NCBI GenBank assembly: GCA_947629445.1 | Contig: CANRDU010000003.1 | Span: 582-64,581, forward strand | Length of the DNA stretch: 64,000 nt | Origin: an uncultured Bacilli bacterium | GTDB taxonomy: Bacteria > Bacillota_I > Bacilli_A > RF39 > UBA660 | Reading direction: 5' to 3' | In this document: positions 29,201 to 36,968 of the stretch, piece by piece | Position numbering within the stretch: the stretch's first letter is position 1 | How the letters are laid out: each line of letters opens with the position of its first letter | Made by a program: the position numbers and the translations under genes | The notes under the pieces: generated by a model | Told to the model about the DNA's origin: nothing | Seen by the model: the letters and a program-made list of their open reading frames with translations, nothing else | Databases searched by the model: none

Positions 29201-31037
29201 TTATGTTCCATTCTCATTAAAATTTGATAAGAAATATGAGAATATTACTATTCAAATGCCAGGTAACAATACTGTATCTACATACCAAAATTTTGATACA
29301 GAAACAGAAATTGGAGCATTCCTTGCTGTTCATCCAGAAAAAACAGATAAAACAGCCAAAATTACTGTTGATTTAGATGGCAATGGAAATGTATATGAAC
29401 CATTTGAGATTACATTTGATTATAGTGGGGTTCAATTTGTTGCTGAATTGGATGCTAAATTAGATGATGCAACATTAGAAAGTTTAAAATCATTTGTAGA
29501 TGGATTTAAAGGTAATAATGAGGACTTTGCTATAGAAGGGACTAAACTTACCGGTTCCGTTACAAAAAGTGAAACTTATTTTAACGGAAAGGATAACGAA
29601 CAAGTACAAGGATATTTCATTGGCTTTGTTCTTCACATTCCAGGACTTACTCAAGAGAGTAAGGTAACAGTTGGAAATACAACAATGGAACCTTACGATA
29701 CAACAGATGATAAAGATCCTGGATATGCTATTGTATTCCAATTAAAAGAGGAAGGTCCTAAGACTTTTACAATTACTATTGATTTAGATGGTGATGGAAA
29801 AGAACCTACTGTTTATACGTACGATTATAGCGATTTACAGTTTAAAACAGAACAAACAGTAGCTAATTTTGCTTCTACTTCAACTACTACTCCTAATGCT
29901 TCTTATTCTATTAGTGAAACTGGCCAAATTAGTGGGGTAGTACGAGAAGCTGCTGATGATAATAAGTATCATTTTAATGTAACGATTGCCCCACAAAATG
30001 TTTCTGAAAAAACAGTTGTAGAAGTAACTGATCCTAAGAATAATGTAACTACTTATTCTTATCAAGATGGAGTTTTTGTTGCTAATTCTGCTATGAATGT
30101 TAGAAAAGTTTCTAGACGCCGTTCTCAACTATTAACGATTTCAAATCCTACGTTAACATTAGATTTAGAAGCTTTAGTAGATGTAGAGAATCGTGTATAT
30201 AAGATTACTATTGATGCAGATGGTGATGGAGAGTTATACGATCCAATTACTTATGATATTGATTATTCTGAATTGAAATTAGGAGATATCGAGAATGTCA
30301 CGAAAGCTTTTGAAAAGACAGCAGAATTAAAAAAAGTAAAACTAGAAAGTAAGAGTTCAACAAATGCTTATGATCGTTATACAAGATATTATGATAAGGA
30401 TGCTAATAAAAGATGGTCAATTGGAGATAATGGTGAAGAATCTTATACTTATAGTTTAGTTGGCGCACCATATATACCATATAAAGAATATAATGCTTTA
30501 GATCGTCATGATCAACCAAAGTATTATGTAGATAATTTCCACAAAGTAAGTCAAGATGCTGAGTGGCAATATCATGCGACATTGTATTCTGGTATGGGTA
30601 TTCCAGGGTTATCTCTTTTAAATAATGTTACAACAGTAGTATCTGTAGAAGAGAAACCGGTTGATGCTCCTGAAGGGTATGTTTACTATGATGTTATCCT
30701 TGATAAAGATACTGTTAATGAATGGTTAAAGAATAATTATGGTTCTACGCCAGAAAATGTAAGAACAGTAGATAGTAATCAGACGGTTCATATTGCTGTT
30801 GATGAAGATGGCATTATTCGTTCTATTAAGGCACATTGGAAAGAGGATAACGGTCAAGAGAGAGATATCAATGTTGAAATTACAGATATGGCAGAGCAAG
30901 AAATAGAGTGGCCAGATACAGGACGTGATAATGACTACTGGTTAAACGTTTGGGCTGAAAAGCATTTAGGACTTAATGGTTTTAAAACCGTAGAAGAAGC
31001 TGTTGCCTATCGTAAAGCTTACTGGAGTCAAGATTAG
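26274..31037 (+). CDS. Large secreted acidic repeat protein (8 DxDG repeats plus C-terminal LolA/LppX-like domain)
   Basis: Signal peptide ending VHA; eight (I/V)D(L/F/I/A)DG motifs spaced 137-164 aa apart; start taken as ATG 26274. Confidence 0.8.
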   Translation: MKNKIGKWFVFAILGFLASTISVHALSYDITDPNSFSAMMDKYDSTTQSIYVIGSYVFTTKHTLTTQDMMLAALSIDLTDAEGDRIKDSEAYNKMTIFKLERDYDEETDEPTGTWTVVNNYVGSDSLKENKLVDVTYVDYEKVQGESSLSVTFDASQDMIDDLTPWGYHVVLENQKNITVTPSEEDPTVVKLGGKVYYLPEIDNWEEDKQTGYYLAFEVKIPEEYKGKAQWWLSEDNKLTHDGRNYAVYSLSKDASEKSFEVWVDFDGDGEEYEATSYVFDYSDIEFVAQASKAKISASTTDSEVLNVYKDALHIFPEDFVTITNDNKITGDIHYNPDVAVDPTKDSKTNYYIPVIVEIDKEYAGKATITTTNNGEPKSTTFQASADNADKNMMALLFTVSKTDTDKTFTITIDLDGAEGNFEPVDYVFDYTDANFLEVPTASVSAEGATENQAKYASIIEEQFNFEGNQKTLTVDVKDNKVTLTGELVNKSYPFNGKSNEDVDGYYFQYVIEISGDAKDSSITIPAEPGEAKVIKYADYDFKDENGKSGIVVLHKLNETKEDKTFTVTVDLDGDGDADETYTFDYSQVVLGEESKVTVVSESSKIPAGDKTSYEEWGFPGTGYDLITIKDNVISGTIPYVEHISTDAFTGVDVTGNYMVYAIELPEGSNTDGKAEIKLSCTTGTNCQGGWKIEPITGETVSVLHSVKRDEDGNLKDIVAYVDLDGFENNEISSMAADVDAIYLPYEIRLTFAEDVVVQEKSSVEVSTDLTEAQVKELTDAYGYTENKEKLTVTEETHATDNLPVFKYSGTIDEQVVNANSGYADLEAGFFGLVITPKTIIPNKTTVTIDKASNKGEGSKMITFKDNEPLVLLRQVTEDEEIKITVDIDGNEDAYLPYSFYINYEGVTVNKVSHVSVPNTMDAEVSKNLKSVFNFETPASQDVTVTYDADTKTIKVTGKVARNTEVKNMGENPSGYYVPFSLKFDKKYENITIQMPGNNTVSTYQNFDTETEIGAFLAVHPEKTDKTAKITVDLDGNGNVYEPFEITFDYSGVQFVAELDAKLDDATLESLKSFVDGFKGNNEDFAIEGTKLTGSVTKSETYFNGKDNEQVQGYFIGFVLHIPGLTQESKVTVGNTTMEPYDTTDDKDPGYAIVFQLKEEGPKTFTITIDLDGDGKEPTVYTYDYSDLQFKTEQTVANFASTSTTTPNASYSISETGQISGVVREAADDNKYHFNVTIAPQNVSEKTVVEVTDPKNNVTTYSYQDGVFVANSAMNVRKVSRRRSQLLTISNPTLTLDLEALVDVENRVYKITIDADGDGELYDPITYDIDYSELKLGDIENVTKAFEKTAELKKVKLESKSSTNAYDRYTRYYDKDANKRWSIGDNGEESYTYSLVGAPYIPYKEYNALDRHDQPKYYVDNFHKVSQDAEWQYHATLYSGMGIPGLSLLNNVTTVVSVEEKPVDAPEGYVYYDVILDKDTVNEWLKNNYGSTPENVRTVDSNQTVHIAVDEDGIIRSIKAHWKEDNGQERDINVEITDMAEQEIEWPDTGRDNDYWLNVWAEKHLGLNGFKTVEEAVAYRKAYWSQD

Positions 31038-31112
31038 AAAGAGGATTTATTCCTCTTTTTCTTTGCTTTTTTAAGGTTTTATGATATTATGAAATAGTCA
31101 GGACGTGAGATT

Positions 31113-32702
31113 ATGTTAATGGTTGAAAATTTGGGATTACGTTACGGAAAAAGAATTTTATTTGAAAATGTTAATTTAAAATTTGAAAATAATAATTGTT
31201 ATGGTCTTATCGGAGCTAATGGGGCAGGTAAGACAACTTTCCTTAAAATTCTTAGTGGTGAAGTAGAATCAACTAGCGGAAAAGTTATGATAGGTAAAGG
31301 GGAGCGAATGTCTGTTTTAGTACAAAACCATAATGCTTATGATGACTATAATGTGCTTGATACGGTTATCATGGGGGATCAAGAACTTTATGATATTAAA
31401 ACAGAAAAAGAAGAACTTTATATGAAAGAGGATTTTACGAATGAAGATGGAATTCGTGCTGGTATTTTAGAGGATTTATTTTTAAAGAAAAATGGTTGGC
31501 AAGCAGAAGCAGATGCGGCTATTTTACTGGATGGATTAGGAATTCCTACTGCTCTTCAAACGAAAATGATGAGAGATTTGAAGGAATCTGATAAGGTTAA
31601 AGTTATGCTTGCACGGGCTTTATTTGGAGAACCGGATATTTTGCTATTGGATGAACCTACAAATGGACTGGATTTAGAGAGTAAAAGTTGGTTAGAAGAA
31701 TTTTTAATTGATTTTAAAAATACGGTAATTGTGATTTCCCATGATCGTTATTTTTTAAATAAAGTATGTACCCATATGGTGGATATTGATTACGAAAAAA
31801 TGACGTTATTTGCAGGAAATTATGATTTTTGGTATCAATCTAGTCAGTTAATTCAAAAACAAATGCGTGAATCTAATAAGAAAAAAGAAGAAAAAATTGC
31901 GGAACTTCAAGATTTCATTCGAAGATTTAGTGCGAATGCATCTAAGTCAAAACAGGCTACTTCTCGTAAGAAATCCCTTGAAAAGATTGTACTGGAGGAT
32001 ATTAAACCATCCAGTAGAAGGTATCCTTTTATCCAATTTGAACCAGAAAGATATTTAGGAAAAGAGGTTATTCATCTAGAGAAAGTATCAAAAGTAATCG
32101 ATGGTGTCGAAGTGTTAAAGAATGTGAGAATTACGTTAAAGCCTGGAGATAAGATTGCTTTGTTAGGGACAAATGAAGCAGGAAAAACTGCACTTTTAGA
32201 GATAATAGGGGGAATAATGGAACCAGATACTGGTACTGTGAAATTTGGAACGACCGTCATTTGTTCTTATTATCCAAAAAAGAATGATGAATACTTTAAT
32301 CAAGATAAAAATATGGTAGAGTGGTTGCGAGAATATTCTAGTGTTAAAGAGGATGCATTTGTAAGAGGATTCTTAGGAAGAATGTTATTTAGTGGTGAAG
32401 AAGCTTTAAAAAAGGTCAATGTTTTATCGGGAGGAGAAAAGGTACGTTGCATGTTATCGAAAATGATGTTAGAACATGGTAACGTTCTATTATTAGATGA
32501 ACCTACTAATCACCTAGATATGGAGGCAATTACGGCTTTAGATGAAGGGTTAATGAATTTTAAAGGTTGTATTGTTTTTGCAACCTATGACCAGCATATT
32601 ATTGAAAATATTGCAACCAGAATTATTGATATTCACGAAGATGGAACTATTACGGATAAAGAAATGACTTATGAGGAATATATAAAGCGCTATGGAGAAT
32701 AA
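31113..32702 (+). CDS. ABC-F family ATPase (YbiT/YkpA-like)
   Basis: Two ABC domains, GANGAGKTT, LLLDEPTN twice, RRFSANASKSKQATSRKK linker, no TM. Confidence 0.92.
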   Translation: MLMVENLGLRYGKRILFENVNLKFENNNCYGLIGANGAGKTTFLKILSGEVESTSGKVMIGKGERMSVLVQNHNAYDDYNVLDTVIMGDQELYDIKTEKEELYMKEDFTNEDGIRAGILEDLFLKKNGWQAEADAAILLDGLGIPTALQTKMMRDLKESDKVKVMLARALFGEPDILLLDEPTNGLDLESKSWLEEFLIDFKNTVIVISHDRYFLNKVCTHMVDIDYEKMTLFAGNYDFWYQSSQLIQKQMRESNKKKEEKIAELQDFIRRFSANASKSKQATSRKKSLEKIVLEDIKPSSRRYPFIQFEPERYLGKEVIHLEKVSKVIDGVEVLKNVRITLKPGDKIALLGTNEAGKTALLEIIGGIMEPDTGTVKFGTTVICSYYPKKNDEYFNQDKNMVEWLREYSSVKEDAFVRGFLGRMLFSGEEALKKVNVLSGGEKVRCMLSKMMLEHGNVLLLDEPTNHLDMEAITALDEGLMNFKGCIVFATYDQHIIENIATRIIDIHEDGTITDKEMTYEEYIKRYGE

Positions 32703-33384
32703 ATTTTTTCTAGAGAATATGGTGGAAAAGTTGGAGAAGGGGAAAAATAGTTTTTTTCTAGATCCAAAAGAACAAAAACAAGTAGCTAGTCTTTTAAAAA
32801 AGAAAGGAATTTCTTATTCTATTTATGAGCCATATCCTGGAGCAGAAAAGGTACTCTTCTATGAGGGCAAGTTTCCTGATATTGAGTTATTAGAAATTGT
32901 TTCTAAAATACCTTTAGAACATCGCTCTATTTTAGGGGTTTTGTTTGCTCACCATATTCTCCCTTATTTTTATAGTGATATTATGATTACAGATACTTGT
33001 TACTTGGTAGTTTTAAAACCTATTGCCATTTATTTACAAGATCACGTTCATGAAATTGGAAAAAATCCTGTACAAATTGTAAAAAGAAATTTGAAGTTAT
33101 TAACACGTTTTGAACCTCAGTTTGATACTCTGATTCTCCATGTTTCAAGTCTTCGAATAGATACGATTATGGCGAAAATTATGTCGGTGAGTAGAACGAA
33201 AGTAGAAGAAAAACTAAAGGATAAAGAGGTCATGGTGAATTATCAAAATGTTACTAAAAAAGATATGCTGCTAAATTTGCAAGATGTTTTTTCTATTCGA
33301 GGATATGGTAAATATATCTTGAAGGATATCGTTTACCAAAATAAAAAAGGTCATATGGACCTTGAAATATTAAAATATAAATAA
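32692..33384 (+). CDS. YlmH/Sll1252-like S4-domain RNA-binding protein
   Basis: FLDP.EQ, HRSILG, SSLRID...SR, FSIRGYGK. Confidence 0.85.
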   Translation: MENKFFLENMVEKLEKGKNSFFLDPKEQKQVASLLKKKGISYSIYEPYPGAEKVLFYEGKFPDIELLEIVSKIPLEHRSILGVLFAHHILPYFYSDIMITDTCYLVVLKPIAIYLQDHVHEIGKNPVQIVKRNLKLLTRFEPQFDTLILHVSSLRIDTIMAKIMSVSRTKVEEKLKDKEVMVNYQNVTKKDMLLNLQDVFSIRGYGKYILKDIVYQNKKGHMDLEILKYK

Positions 33385-33386
33385 AA

Positions 33387-33416
33387 AGCCATATAGAATT
33401 TCTATATGGCTATTTT
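33387..33416. terminator. Bidirectional intrinsic terminator
   Basis: AGCCATATAGA / TCTATATGGCT stem flanked by A and T tracts between convergent genes. Confidence 0.85.
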
Positions 33417-33418
33417 TA

Positions 33419-33550
33419 TTAAGATGTTACTTCTTCTGTTTGTTCGATACCGATATGATGTTCTTCTTCAGGACCAAAAATATCATAGATGAAGAAAGAA
33501 CAAATGCAAGCTACTACGAATAATAAGATATATTTTAAAGCACCTTTCAT
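33419..33550 (-). CDS. Small 43-aa single-TM protein (not in ORF track)
   Basis: GGAGG-N5-ATG; MKGALKYILLFVVACICSFFIYDIFGPEEEHHIGIEQTEEVTS; fills the gap between def and the terminator. Confidence 0.75.
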   Translation of the reverse strand: MKGALKYILLFVVACICSFFIYDIFGPEEEHHIGIEQTEEVTS

Positions 33551-33559
33551 AAGTACCTC

Positions 33560-34108
33560 CTATATTAAGCGAATTTCTTGTTCCGTGTAAAAAGGATGAT
33601 TAGGATCAATTCTATCATAGAATAAAATGCCATCTAAATGATCAATTTCATGTTGGAAGGCAATGGATAATTCTTCACGTGCTCTGATACGAATTTTGTT
33701 ACCTTCTGTATCATATCCTTCTACAGTTACTCTTGCGTATCTTTTGATATGACCTTCTACTTCGCGGTTGACACTAAGACAGCCTTCACCTTCTTCAGCC
33801 GCAATCATTTCATCGGAATAACTAATGATTTTAGGATTTACAACGACATAATTATTAAATTTTCCTTCGGTATATTCATGAACGATAATAATGATTCTTT
33901 TTGCAATACCAATTTGTGGGAAAGCTAGTCCCATTCCTGGTCGTAAATCATATTTTTTTTCGTATTCTTCAATTTGACTGTAGGTTAATTCTTGGATGGC
34001 TCTTTCGATATAATCTTTATATTCCTGTGGAAGGGGAAATGTTGCCTCTTCACTTTTTTGATGTAGAATTTTTTCTTTTTCATCTAATATATTTAATTTT
34101 TTAAACAT
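33560..34108 (-). CDS. def: Peptide deformylase
   Basis: GMGLAFPQIG, EGCLSV, QHEIDHLDG; start taken as ATG 34108. Confidence 0.97.
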   Translation of the reverse strand: MFKKLNILDEKEKILHQKSEEATFPLPQEYKDYIERAIQELTYSQIEEYEKKYDLRPGMGLAFPQIGIAKRIIIIVHEYTEGKFNNYVVVNPKIISYSDEMIAAEEGEGCLSVNREVEGHIKRYARVTVEGYDTEGNKIRIRAREELSIAFQHEIDHLDGILFYDRIDPNHPFYTEQEIRLI

Positions 34109-34180
34109 AATTTCACTTCCAAGCAACACCATTATAACAGATAACTATCTAAAAATCAAAAGAAAAAGAAGGAAGTCCTT

Positions 34181-34381
34181 CTATCTTCTTGAACCAGAAT
34201 TATTATTATATCCACCATCAAAAGCACGAGCGCCTATGATGATTACTAAAAGAATAAATAATACTAAAAGAATCGCTGCACCATATCCAGCTCCGTAGTA
34301 ACCATTGTTGTTATTGTTGCAGCATCCACCTTGAGCACCAGGATATCCACCATATCCTTGGTATCCACCATAGTAATACAT
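34181..34381 (-). CDS. YjcZ/SscA-like tiny sporulation membrane protein
   Basis: G/Y-rich N-terminus then AILLVLFILLVIIIGA; GGAGG RBS. Confidence 0.82.
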   Translation of the reverse strand: MYYYGGYQGYGGYPGAQGGCCNNNNNGYYGAGYGAAILLVLFILLVIIIGARAFDGGYNNNSGSRR

Positions 34382-34528
34382 ATAAACCTCCTAACTATTC
34401 AATATATCATATTGCAAAAAAATATGTTTGTTCATGACAATTAACTAGGAAAAAGTGATATAAAACGTTTGTCAAACATGGGATAATATGATATTATAGT
34501 ATATGTAGTACAGTAGAGAAGGTGACTT

Positions 34529-35692
34529 ATGTTAAAAGCAATTAAACAGAGATTCTCTGACATGGATAAAGTATTGTTACTCATTGTTTTAGGCTTTTGT
34601 ATTTTTGGCCTTTTCAATATTGTAACTGCTTCTTCTAGAGAAGCAGTAGTGGGTGTTGACAAATCTGTTTACTTTTATTTTTATCGTCAACTCATTGTAT
34701 TAATTGCAGGATTGGTTGCCTTTTTAGTGTTAATTAATATTGATACGAAATATTATCATGGGTGGATTTTGTTACCGTTTGCAGCCCTGATTATTTTAAA
34801 TATTGTCGCCATTATTCATGGTAGGGTTACAAGAGGTGCTTTAAACTGGATTAGTATTGGTTCTTTCAGTTTACAGCCCAGTGAGTTTTCAAAACCAGTA
34901 ATAGTGGCTATTTTAGCCCTGTATATTGAGGATTTTGGGAAAAGATTACATAATCCTAGAGTAAAGCATCAAAATATGATTTGGGCATTCTTTATTTTAG
35001 CGTTAATTATTCCAGCAATCGTATTTTTCCAGAAGGATTTAGGAACGATGTTGATTCAGCTTTCCATCTTTGGTGTTATTTATTTATTGAGTCCGATTCT
35101 CTGGAAAGAAAAATTTAAATATATTGGCATATTAGGTATTATTGTCGTCTTTTTTGGGTTATTAGTTTATGCGAAGCAAGGATCTATTTTATCAGAAGAA
35201 CAGATAGAACGTTTTAATTATTTAAATCCTTGTTCTCCAGAAAAGTTTGCAGGGAAAGGATATCAAGTTTGTAATGCTTATATCGCTATTAATCTAGGTG
35301 GAGTGAATGGAGTAGGAATTGGCAAGAGTACTCAAAAGTATTCTTATATTCCAGAAGCCCATACGGATATGGTATTTGCTATTTTTGCAGAAGAATATGG
35401 TTTAATAGCGGGACTATTTGTTTTATTTCTCTATGGCATTATTTTGTACCGCGTGTTGATGCTTTCTAGTAAAGCAAATACTATACGAGGAAAATATATG
35501 TGTTTAGGGATTGCTACTTATTTCTTTGCTCATATTTTTATTAATTTAGGAGGAATGTTTGGACTTATTCCGTTAACGGGTGTTCCTCTTCCATTTTTAT
35601 CGTATGCCGGTAGTTTTACGATTTCGCTATTAGCTGCTTTTGGAATTGTAGAAAGAATTCATATTGAAACGAAACAAAGGACAAGTAGCTAG
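34529..35692 (+). CDS. FtsW/RodA/SpoVE family SEDS protein
   Basis: QPSEFSK, QKDLGT, PEAHTDMVFAIFAEEYG, PLTGVPLPFLSY. Confidence 0.95.
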   Translation: MLKAIKQRFSDMDKVLLLIVLGFCIFGLFNIVTASSREAVVGVDKSVYFYFYRQLIVLIAGLVAFLVLINIDTKYYHGWILLPFAALIILNIVAIIHGRVTRGALNWISIGSFSLQPSEFSKPVIVAILALYIEDFGKRLHNPRVKHQNMIWAFFILALIIPAIVFFQKDLGTMLIQLSIFGVIYLLSPILWKEKFKYIGILGIIVVFFGLLVYAKQGSILSEEQIERFNYLNPCSPEKFAGKGYQVCNAYIAINLGGVNGVGIGKSTQKYSYIPEAHTDMVFAIFAEEYGLIAGLFVLFLYGIILYRVLMLSSKANTIRGKYMCLGIATYFFAHIFINLGGMFGLIPLTGVPLPFLSYAGSFTISLLAAFGIVERIHIETKQRTSS

Positions 35693-35703
35693 GGGGATTT
35701 TAT

Positions 35704-36495
35704 ATGCAAGAACAACTAAAAATATTGGAACAGGCTATTATCGATTCACAGGATATGGATGTGAAAGCAGAATGTAAATATTTAGAACCTTTATTTGCAG
35801 AGGTTTATGAGGAAACTAGAAAAGAAAATTTTGATGATCTTTCTGCTTTATTAAAATTATCACAATTAGAAAATAAATTATCACGAAGAATTTTACCAGT
35901 ATGGCCCAAATTAGAGCCTCCCATCGAACGAGATTCCGATGAGGCTTTGTTACAAATGCTTGTGTATTATACAAGGAAGAAAGCAGAAGATTTGTACCAC
36001 TGTAATATCAAAGAGGATAGTTTACGGACAAGAAGTAAGGATTTTTCTCAGTTGCTTTCAAGTATTGCAAAGGGGTTAGAGGTTCCTGCTTGTATTTTAG
36101 ATATGGCTTCTATTTTTCACTTACCAGTTCCTCATTATGTCGTTCTTGCTTATGTAAATGGTTTCTATTTACTAGATATTACTTACCAAGAATTCTTTTT
36201 AATGGGGTATAATTTTCCTACTCGTTATTATGAGTTTTCTCCTTATAATCGTATTTGTGAGGTAGGGGGAAGAATGTTAGGAGAAAGAGTGAAAAGCGCT
36301 ACTCTCATGATTGAGGATGGCTATTTACCAGTTTCTAGTACACATTTTAAAAATTACTGTGATGCGTATGCAGAGTTTGGATCAATGGATAAATGCCAGG
36401 ATGAAAAAGAGTATTTTCAAAAATTGTTAGAACCTATTCAAGGTAGTAGTGATAAAACGGATAGAATATTACTTTCTAAGGTAGATAAGAAATAG
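35704..36495 (+). CDS. Hypothetical protein, possible transglutaminase/papain-like fold
   Basis: HYVVLAYVNGFYLLDITYQEF resembles the His/Asp strands of transglutaminase-like enzymes. Confidence 0.55.
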   Translation: MQEQLKILEQAIIDSQDMDVKAECKYLEPLFAEVYEETRKENFDDLSALLKLSQLENKLSRRILPVWPKLEPPIERDSDEALLQMLVYYTRKKAEDLYHCNIKEDSLRTRSKDFSQLLSSIAKGLEVPACILDMASIFHLPVPHYVVLAYVNGFYLLDITYQEFFLMGYNFPTRYYEFSPYNRICEVGGRMLGERVKSATLMIEDGYLPVSSTHFKNYCDAYAEFGSMDKCQDEKEYFQKLLEPIQGSSDKTDRILLSKVDKK

Positions 36496-36563
36496 AAATG
36501 TGTAAATTGAAAGGGTATGTACAATTTTACTTGCACTTTCTTTCAAAATGTTGTATATTATAT

Positions 36564-36612
36564 TCGTACTTGTTCTTGGATGCGAGAGTCTCCGACTCCA
36601 CCTAGGAAGAAG
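36564..36612 (+). promoter_or_regulatory. Probable S15 (rpsO) leader RNA
   Basis: After TTGCAC-N17-TATATT promoter; TTCTTGG...GAGAGTCTCCGAC...CTAGGAA stem resembles Bacillota S15 leaders. Confidence 0.6.
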
Positions 36613-36637
36613 CGAATATTTGAAAGGAGAATAGATT

Positions 36638-36907
36638 ATGGCTTTAACAAAAGAAAAGAAAGCTGAGTTAGTTGCAAAATATGGTAAAGATGCAAATGAT
36701 ACTGGTTCTATTGAAGTACAAATTGCTATCCTTACAGAAGAAATTAATGCACTCACGGAGCACTTTAAAGAACATAAAGGTGACCATCATTCTAAAAGAG
36801 GACTTCTTAGAAAAGTTGGTCAAAGAAGAAGCTTACTTAACTATTTAATTAAGAACGATGTTACAAGATATCGTGCGATTGTTAAAGAGTTAGGATTAAG
36901 AAAGTAA
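36638..36907 (+). CDS. rpsO: 30S ribosomal protein S15
   Basis: [25 protein letters not shown]. Confidence 0.99.
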   Translation: MALTKEKKAELVAKYGKDANDTGSIEVQIAILTEEINALTEHFKEHKGDHHSKRGLLRKVGQRRSLLNYLIKNDVTRYRAIVKELGLRK

Positions 36908-36924
36908 CAATTTAAGGAAAAAAC

Positions 36925-36950
36925 AAAGACACTCTTTTTTGAGTGTCTTT
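36925..36950 (+). terminator. rpsO-pnp intergenic hairpin (terminator or processing site)
   Basis: AAAGACACTC / GAGTGTCTTT perfect 10-bp stem. Confidence 0.65.
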
Positions 36951-36968
36951 CTAATAGATGGAGGAAGT

